Made by a program: the position numbers and the translations under genes. Below the pieces are notes generated by a model that saw only the letters and a program-made list of their open reading frames with translations, was not told where the DNA came from and did no database searches. From Polyangiales bacterium (GTDB lineage: Bacteria > Myxococcota_A > Polyangia > Polyangiales > Ga0077539), in assembly GCA_044229975.1 (NCBI GenBank), contig JBGARZ010000037.1:1-11625 (forward strand): a DNA stretch of 11,625 bases, given 5' to 3'. Below, piece by piece: positions 5,163 to 11,625 of this stretch; positions within the stretch are counted from its first letter, which is position 1; each line of letters begins with the position of its first letter.

Positions 5163-8100
5163 ATGGCACTGCGCCGCATCGCGCGCATCTTCGGGATCAC
5201 TGCGGCCTTCGTCATGTCGGCGTGCGACCGTCCACCGGAGAGCGAGCCCGCCGAGACGGACGAGCCGGTCGGGGAGGCCGAGCAAGCCCTCACGAGCACT
5301 GCGACGGTCCCCGCCGCCGCAGACACTTGGGTCGGCGAGATCCTCCTCAACCAGAGCCACGGCTCAGACACCACGCTGCACGTCACCGGCCTCGGCATCC
5401 AGCGGTCGCTCGTGCGGATGGATCAAGAGGCCATCGCCAGTGCCGTTGGGACCGGTACGGTCCAGAGCGCGTCGCTGGTCCTTACCATTCAGAGCGCGAA
5501 CAATCTTTGGGGCCCGAATGGCCGCCCCATTCGATTGCATCGCCTCACCACCGCCTGGACGGAGCAAGGGGCGACCTGGCTCTGTCCCAACGACACCAAC
5601 CTCTCCAACCTCCTGCCGGATTGCAACCCGCTCTGGTTCATGGGCGGCCTGCTTCAGCCCCCGCCTTGGGTCGCCGCCCCGAGCGCGCAGGCGACGATCA
5701 CGAACAATCAAACCGGCACAGTGTCGTTCGACGTCACCGCCGACGTACAGTCCTTTCTATCCGGCACCCCGAACCGCGGCTGGGTGATCCAGAAGCCGGA
5801 CCTCACCGCGGGTCGGGTCGACTTCCTATCGAAGGAGGGCGGCAATGGCCCCCGGCTCGTGCTCACCGTTCAATCGGCAGGATGCACCGCCCCCATCGAT
5901 GACGACAATCCATGTACGAATGACGCCTGCGTGAATGGCACGGTCACTCACACGCCGACTGATGAAGGGTCTTCGTGTAGTGATGGCAATCCCTGCAATG
6001 GCGCCGAGACCTGCAATGGCGCAGGCACCTGCGTCGCGGGCACGGCGCCGCCGCTGGATGACGGCAACGCGTGCACGGCGGATTCCTGCGACCCGATCGC
6101 GGGCATCCTGCACTCCCCCTTGCCCTCCGGCACCTCGTGCAGCGACGGCGACGCTTGCAATGGCGCGGAGATCTGCGACGGCGCGGGACAATGCGCCCCC
6201 GGTACGCCGCTCGTCCCTGAGGACGATCACAACCCCTGCACGCTCGATCTTTGCGACCCGGTCTCCGGCGTCGTGCACCCGCCCGCCCCCGCCTCGACCT
6301 CGTGCTCCGACGCCGATCCGTGCAACGGCGAAGAGACCTGCGACGGCGCGGGACAATGCGCGCCCGGCACGCCGCCGTCCTTCGACGACGGGGACGACTG
6401 CACCATCGATCTCGGGTGCGTTCCCGGCCAGGGCTTCCAGCGCGTCTATTGCAATGACGTCGATCCGAGCGCGACCACCAGCATCGACGAGTCGCTCTCC
6501 TTTCTGATCGAGGGCCCCAACCCGCTCCAGGCCGGCGTCGCGCCCGGCACCATCGAGCGCGCCCGCGCCGGAGCGATCGAGGGCGATGTCTCGTTCGCGG
6601 GGGGCGCGCCGGCGGGCGGCGTCCACGTGGAGGTGCACGATCACCCCGAGCTCGGCAGCACCGTCACCGCCGCGAATGGCCACTTCCTCATGGTGGTCAA
6701 CGCCGCGAAGACCCTCGTCGTGGATATCAGCGCGCCCGGCTTCCTGCCGGTGCAGCGCACCGTCGAGACAGAGGCTCAGCGCTATCGCTCCGCCCTCGAC
6801 GTCGTCCTCGTCCCCGTCGACGACGTCGCCACGACAGTCGACCTCGACACGATCACCGAGGTCGCGGTCGCCCAAGGCCCCGTCGAGACGGACGAGATCG
6901 GAAGTCGCCAAGCGACCGTCCTCGTCTCCCCGGGCACGAGCGCGTCCCTGCGAATGCCCGACGGCTCCCTCGTGGATGCGCCGACCCTCACCCTCCGCCT
7001 CACGGAATACACCGTCGGCGAAGAAGGTCCTGCTCGCATGCCGGCGCCGCTGCCTCCGACGAGCGGATATACCTACGCCGTCGAGATCAGCGCGGACGAG
7101 GCGCTCGAAGTCGGGGCGAAGGGGGTGCAGTTCGACGCGCCGGTGAGCCTCTTCGTCGACAACTACCGAGGAATGCCCGTGGGCACCGTGCTGCCCGTCG
7201 CGAGCTATGACCGCGACCGCGCCCTTTGGGTCCCCGACGACGACGCGCTCGTGATCGCCATTCTGGAGGTGGCGAGCGGCACCGCCGAGATCGATATGGA
7301 TGGGGACGGCCTCCCCGAGACGGACGGCGAGCTCGAAGCCGCCGGGCTGGATCTGGAGACTCGCGCCACCCTCGCGTCGACCTACGAGGCGGGCGCGGAG
7401 CTCTGGTTCTCGCGGCGGACGCACCTCTCGTCGGTGGACTGCAATGCTCCCTTCACCGCGGAGCTCCCCTACTGCGAGCCCCTGAAATGCTCGCCCAGTG
7501 ATCCTCAGCCTACCGCCGAGCACGAAATCCCCGACGGCTGCACCCAATCGGGCTCCGTCATCGAGTGTGAGAACCAAACCCTCCGCGAGGACATCCCCGC
7601 CCACGGCACGCCGTTCTCCCTCCACTACGCGAGCGATCGCGTCCCCGGACGCATCGCGGCAGGGAGCCTCGCGCTGCCGGTCACGGGGGTGTTCACGCCG
7701 GCCAGCGTCGTCAGCATCGAGGCCAAGCTCACCGTCGCCGGGCGCCAATATCACTATGCTCAGTCTTGCCCTTGTACCCCCAACTCGCGCTGGAATGTCG
7801 AGTGGGACGGCAAGGATGAGCTCGGCCGCGCCGTCCAGGGCACCCAGGTCGCCGACTATCAGCTGACGTACAACTACGTTCGCACCCAGACCACGTTCGC
7901 CATTCAGGCTCAGAACTTCGCCCAGTGGGGCGAGTACCTCTTGCCGGGCGAGGCCAATGGCACCCTCCCCGTCACGGCCTTCTTCTCGCTGCCATTGCGA
8001 AGGTGGGACGCGCGTGGTGAAGGCCTCGGCGGCCTCACCCTCAGCGCCGTCCATCACCTCGACGTCGCGAGCGGCACCATTTATCGCGGCGACGGCTCGC

Positions 8101-11100
8101 GCGAAGACGGCGACCGCGCCGAGAGCATCGTGCGCACCATCGTCACCCGGCCCGCGGGCGCCTCGAATGGCGTGGAGCATGTGGTCGCCCTGCCCAACGG
8201 CGAGGTGGCTTGGGACGAGAGCATCCCCCTCGGCACGCCCCCGCGCGTCATTCGCAAGCTCGACAAGAGCGGCAATATCGTCCTGCTCGCCGGCACGACC
8301 ACCAACACGTGCACCGCGGTGACGTTCAATCGCCCCGGCGTTGGCGCGTGCCTGCCCGGCACCCTGGCCGCGATGCGCGCCGGCCCCGACGGGAGCATCT
8401 ACTTCGTCGGCGGCAATCGAGCGTTCCGCTTGCACCCCGACGGCTACCTCGAGCTCGTAGCCGGCACCGGCGTCGCGGGCACCACGGGCGATGGAGGCCT
8501 CGCCACCGCCGCGACCCTCCGCGCGAGCTCCATCGCCGTCGGCCCCGACGGCGCCGTCTACCTCGGCGAGCCGGACAAGATCCGCCGCGTCGATCCCAAC
8601 GGCCGCATCGATCGCGTCCTCGGCGCCGGCTCCGGGGGCGCCTCCAACGCAGGCAATGACGGCTTCGCCAAGAGCGCCCGCGCCGGCTCCGTCAACGCCC
8701 TCGCGTTCGCCCCCGATGGCTCCCTCTACTTCAGCGACTGCACCAACCTGGAGTTCTGCTTCGTCCGCAAGGTCGAGCCAGGCGGCATCGTCCGCCGCGT
8801 CGCCGGGCGCACGAGCGGAGGCATCGACACGAGCGACGGTATCCTCGCCACCGACGCGACCCTCTATCGCGTGAGCGCCATCGACGTCGCGCCCAATGGC
8901 GATCTTTTCCTTAAATACAACCTCCAGCCTGGTGGCGCCGGCACCCGCACCCAAGTCATCCGCCGCGTCGGCCACGACGGACGCATCACCCGCGCCGCCG
9001 GCGCCGACCGCATCCCCGGCGCCCCAAACTCGACCCTCGCCTTCGCAGGTGAAGGAGGCCCTGCCGCCGCCGCCCTCATCAGCACCCAGAACTTCTCCGT
9101 GGCCGACGACCGCACATTCTACTTCCCCATCGACCGCGCCATCATCGTCGCCCACCCATCGACCTCGCCCTACGCCGCTGGCGGTTACGTCATCGGCAGC
9201 CGCGACGGCAACGAGATCTACACCTTCGACCGCCACGGCCGACACCTCGCCACCTACGACGCCCGCCGCGGCACCCTCCGCTATTCAATCACCCACGACG
9301 CCCAAGGCCGCCTCCAATCCATCACCGACACCGAAGGAAACACCACCACCATCGAGCGCGCCGCCGACGGAGCTCCCGAAGCCATCGTCGGCCCCTACGG
9401 CCACCGCACCGCCCTCCAAATCAACACCGACGGCTGGGCCACCGTCGTGGAAGACCCCACCCTGAAGCAAACAGTCCTCACCTACCAGGACCAGAGCGGC
9501 CTCCTCGAAGGCTTCACCACCCGCGACAATCACACCACCCACTTCAGCTGGGACGCCAAAGGAAGACTCCAGTCGCACACCCATCCCGCCGGCGGTACCA
9601 TGACCTTCGTGAGAGCGGCCACCGCCAGCGGCTACAGCGTCGAGAAGACCAGCCCCCTGGGCCGCCTCACGACCTACACCGTCGAACGCGACACCTCCAA
9701 CGCCCAGCTCCGCCACGTCGACATGCCCAATGGGCTCTCCTCGACGAGCCGCCGCACCCTCGCCGAGGTCATGACGATCGCCGCGCCCGATGGCACCCAG
9801 AGCACAACCGTCCTGGGCCCGGATCCGCGCTTCGACATGCGCAGCCCGATTGGGCTCGCCGCGAGCACCACGCTCCCGAGCGGCCTGACACGCAGCTCGT
9901 CGAGCACCCGCAGCGCCACCCTGTCCAGCGCGCTCGACCCATTCAGCATGACCGCGTGGACCGAGACCACCACCCTCAATGGTCGCACCTCGACCCTCGC
10001 GTACAACCTCGCGACCCGCATCGAGACGTCGACCTCGCCGGGCGGCCGTACATCGACGCGCCATTACGACGCCCTCGGTCGGGTCATCGAGATCGATAGC
10101 CCCGGAGAGCTGCCGACGACGTTCCAATATGACACGCGAGGGCGGCTCATTGCGACGACGCAAGGCGCCCGCACCACGACGCACGACTACGGCACCGATG
10201 GCCTCCTCGCGAGCAGCACCAACCCGCTCTCCGAGACGTCCACGCTGCAGCGCAACGCCCGAGGTGACGTCGTAGAAGAGACCCGCCCGGATCTCGCCAC
10301 CACCCAGCTCGGCTATGACGGTGAGGGCAACACCACAAGCGTCACCCCGCCTGGCAAGCCCGAGCACCTTCTCCAATTCAATGCGACCAACCAATTGGCG
10401 AGCTACGACCCGCCCAACCTCGGCTTCGCGGACGTCACGTCGTACGCGTACGACCTCGACAAGAAGCTCGAGAGCGTCTTGCAGCCCGGCAACCGCCTCA
10501 TCGCGTACGACTATGATACGGCCGGCAGGCTGAGCGAGACGACCTTCCCGGGCGGCGACGTCGTCCGCAACTACTCGCCGTCAACAGGCAAGCTCGCGAG
10601 CCTCGAGGGCCCCTACGGCGTCGACCTGAGCTTCACCTACGACGGAGCCATCCTGAAGAGCCTCACCTGGAGCGGCGATGTCCACGGCAGCGTCGCCTGG
10701 ACCCACGACACGGACTTCCGCGTCAGCGGCGAGACCGTCAACGGCGCAAACGCAGTGAGCTTCGGCTACGACGCAGACTCCCTCCTGACCAGCGCCGGCG
10801 GGCTCACCATCGTGCGCGACCCCGCGAGCGGCCGGGTGACCAGCGCCACGAGCGGCAACGTCACCGAGGCCTGGACCTACAACGAATATGGCGAGGTTGC
10901 GTCGAAGACGTCCAGCTTCAATGGGGAGGCGTTCTTCGCTATTGTCTATGAGCGCGATTTGCTCGGACGGATCTCCCAGAAGACGGAAACCGTGCTGGGC
11001 GTCACCACGGTGACTGAATACGAGTACGACAATGCGGGCCGGCTCGTGACCGTTACCGAGGATGGGACCCTCACGGAGAGCTACTCGTACGACGCAAACG

Positions 11101-11625
11101 GTAACCGCGAGAGCGCCCTGAATAGCGCGGGCGTCGCGAACGCAGCGTTCGATGGCCAGGACCGCGTCATCTCGAGCGGAGACATCGAGTATGACTTCAC
11201 GGACAACGGGGAGCTCGAGAGGAAGACGAACCTCGTCTCGGGCGAAGTGACGAGCTACGCATACGACGCGGTCGGGATCCTCATCCAGGTGACCCTGCCG
11301 AGCGGCGATGTCATCGAGTACCTGGTCGACGCCGTGGGGCGGCGCGTGGGCAAGAGGGTCAACGGTGTGCTTGAGAGGCAGTGGCTCTGGCGCGGGAAGC
11401 TCCAGCCCGTCGCCGAGCTCGACGGCGCCGGGAACCTCGTCGCGAGGTTCGTCTATGCGGGCGGCGTGAACGTGCCGGAGCTCATGGTTACGCCGACCGC
11501 GACGTACCGGCTCGTGAAGGACCACCTCGGGAGCGTGCGGTTTGTTACGAACGTCGCGACGGGCGCGGTCGTGCAGGAGATCCGGTACGACGCCTGGGGG
11601 CGGGTGCTGGTCGACACGAACCCGG
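5163..11625 (+). CDS. Bacterial teneurin-like RHS/YD-repeat lipoprotein, at least 2154 aa, cut by the window end
   Basis: Manual translation of segments: signal peptide with lipobox MALRRIARIFGITAAFVMSA-C21; DNRLRE-like domain (ADTWV...SFDVTADVQSFL...NRGWVIQK...FLSKEGGNGPRLVLT, about 5300-5870); Cys repeats; teneurin-like motifs LREDIPAHGTPFSLHYASDR, VEWDGKDELGR and WDARGEGLGGLTLSAVHHLD..IYRGDG (about 8004-8099); NHL blades (VAGTGVAGTTGDGGLA, IAVGPDGAVY, LAFAPDGSLYFSD); NEIYTFDRHGRHL (about 9210); YD repeats; KDHLGSVR...IRYDAWGRVLVDTNP at the start of the RHS core. Start and end are in the same frame, the track lists no stop-terminated ORF from 5163, and the three long minus-strand ORFs share its codon register. 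Confidence 0.93.
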   Translation, partial: MALRRIARIFGITAAFVMSACDRPPESEPAETDEPVGEAEQALTSTATVPAAADTWVGEILLNQSHGSDTTLHVTGLGIQRSLVRMDQEAIASAVGTGTVQSASLVLTIQSANNLWGPNGRPIRLHRLTTAWTEQGATWLCPNDTNLSNLLPDCNPLWFMGGLLQPPPWVAAPSAQATITNNQTGTVSFDVTADVQSFLSGTPNRGWVIQKPDLTAGRVDFLSKEGGNGPRLVLTVQSAGCTAPIDDDNPCTNDACVNGTVTHTPTDEGSSCSDGNPCNGAETCNGAGTCVAGTAPPLDDGNACTADSCDPIAGILHSPLPSGTSCSDGDACNGAEICDGAGQCAPGTPLVPEDDHNPCTLDLCDPVSGVVHPPAPASTSCSDADPCNGEETCDGAGQCAPGTPPSFDDGDDCTIDLGCVPGQGFQRVYCNDVDPSATTSIDESLSFLIEGPNPLQAGVAPGTIERARAGAIEGDVSFAGGAPAGGVHVEVHDHPELGSTVTAANGHFLMVVNAAKTLVVDISAPGFLPVQRTVETEAQRYRSALDVVLVPVDDVATTVDLDTITEVAVAQGPVETDEIGSRQATVLVSPGTSASLRMPDGSLVDAPTLTLRLTEYTVGEEGPARMPAPLPPTSGYTYAVEISADEALEVGAKGVQFDAPVSLFVDNYRGMPVGTVLPVASYDRDRALWVPDDDALVIAILEVASGTAEIDMDGDGLPETDGELEAAGLDLETRATLASTYEAGAELWFSRRTHLSSVDCNAPFTAELPYCEPLKCSPSDPQPTAEHEIPDGCTQSGSVIECENQTLREDIPAHGTPFSLHYASDRVPGRIAAGSLALPVTGVFTPASVVSIEAKLTVAGRQYHYAQSCPCTPNSRWNVEWDGKDELGRAVQGTQVADYQLTYNYVRTQTTFAIQAQNFAQWGEYLLPGEANGTLPVTAFFSLPLRRWDARGEGLGGLTLSAVHHLDVASGTIYRGDGSREDGDRAESIVRTIVTRPAGASNGVEHVVALPNGEVAWDESIPLGTPPRVIRKLDKSGNIVLLAGTTTNTCTAVTFNRPGVGACLPGTLAAMRAGPDGSIYFVGGNRAFRLHPDGYLELVAGTGVAGTTGDGGLATAATLRASSIAVGPDGAVYLGEPDKIRRVDPNGRIDRVLGAGSGGASNAGNDGFAKSARAGSVNALAFAPDGSLYFSDCTNLEFCFVRKVEPGGIVRRVAGRTSGGIDTSDGILATDATLYRVSAIDVAPNGDLFLKYNLQPGGAGTRTQVIRRVGHDGRITRAAGADRIPGAPNSTLAFAGEGGPAAAALISTQNFSVADDRTFYFPIDRAIIVAHPSTSPYAAGGYVIGSRDGNEIYTFDRHGRHLATYDARRGTLRYSITHDAQGRLQSITDTEGNTTTIERAADGAPEAIVGPYGHRTALQINTDGWATVVEDPTLKQTVLTYQDQSGLLEGFTTRDNHTTHFSWDAKGRLQSHTHPAGGTMTFVRAATASGYSVEKTSPLGRLTTYTVERDTSNAQLRHVDMPNGLSSTSRRTLAEVMTIAAPDGTQSTTVLGPDPRFDMRSPIGLAASTTLPSGLTRSSSSTRSATLSSALDPFSMTAWTETTTLNGRTSTLAYNLATRIETSTSPGGRTSTRHYDALGRVIEIDSPGELPTTFQYDTRGRLIATTQGARTTTHDYGTDGLLASSTNPLSETSTLQRNARGDVVEETRPDLATTQLGYDGEGNTTSVTPPGKPEHLLQFNATNQLASYDPPNLGFADVTSYAYDLDKKLESVLQPGNRLIAYDYDTAGRLSETTFPGGDVVRNYSPSTGKLASLEGPYGVDLSFTYDGAILKSLTWSGDVHGSVAWTHDTDFRVSGETVNGANAVSFGYDADSLLTSAGGLTIVRDPASGRVTSATSGNVTEAWTYNEYGEVASKTSSFNGEAFFAIVYERDLLGRISQKTETVLGVTTVTEYEYDNAGRLVTVTEDGTLTESYSYDANGNRESALNSAGVANAAFDGQDRVISSGDIEYDFTDNGELERKTNLVSGEVTSYAYDAVGILIQVTLPSGDVIEYLVDAVGRRVGKRVNGVLERQWLWRGKLQPVAELDGAGNLVARFVYAGGVNVPELMVTPTATYRLVKDHLGSVRFVTNVATGAVVQEIRYDAWGRVLVDTNP
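5898..6425 (+). repeat. Intragenic Cys-rich repeats (DDxNPCTxDxC...SCSDGxxCNGxExCxGAGxC), 3 full units of 53-55 aa plus a partial fourth
   Basis: Units start at 5898, 6057, 6222 and 6384. An exact 24-bp DNA repeat CTGCGACGGCGCGGGACAATGCGC occurs at 6173-6196 and 6338-6361. The units resemble Dictyostelium CTDC (slime-mould) repeats. Confidence 0.85.

Noticed and set aside
5826..11525. Long minus-strand ORFs 5826-9245 (1139 aa), 9285-10394 and 10581-11525
   Set aside because: They are antisense shadows in codon register with the plus-strand RHS gene, have no recognisable motifs, and are expected in high-GC coding DNA.

Overview
High-GC window, probably myxobacterial (inferred from GC content, a lipoprotein N-terminus with a GEAEQAL motif and Cys-rich repeats). 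Left to right: (1) a translationally coupled pair, a HerA/FtsK-superfamily P-loop ATPase (54-1445) and an exonuclease/endonuclease/phosphatase (EEP, DNase I-like) protein (1442-2341); (2) a tRNA-Asn(GTT) sequence with an intact 3' two-thirds but a broken 5' acceptor strand, followed by a terminator-like hairpin, which looks like the att scar of a tRNA-integrated island; (3) an apparently complete IS3-family element (about 2649-4362) with orfA/orfB and an A8G -1 frameshift site; (4) about 800 bp with no convincing gene, holding a degenerate 40-bp-period palindromic repeat array; (5) a giant ORF missing from the supplied track (5163 to past the window end, at least 2154 aa) encoding a lipoprotein-anchored bacterial teneurin-like RHS/YD protein with a DNRLRE-like domain and Cys-rich repeats. 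The best candidate for a new system is the HerA-like ATPase plus EEP nuclease module at the putative island edge, possibly an anti-phage system. No database searches were run; family calls rest on motif recognition.
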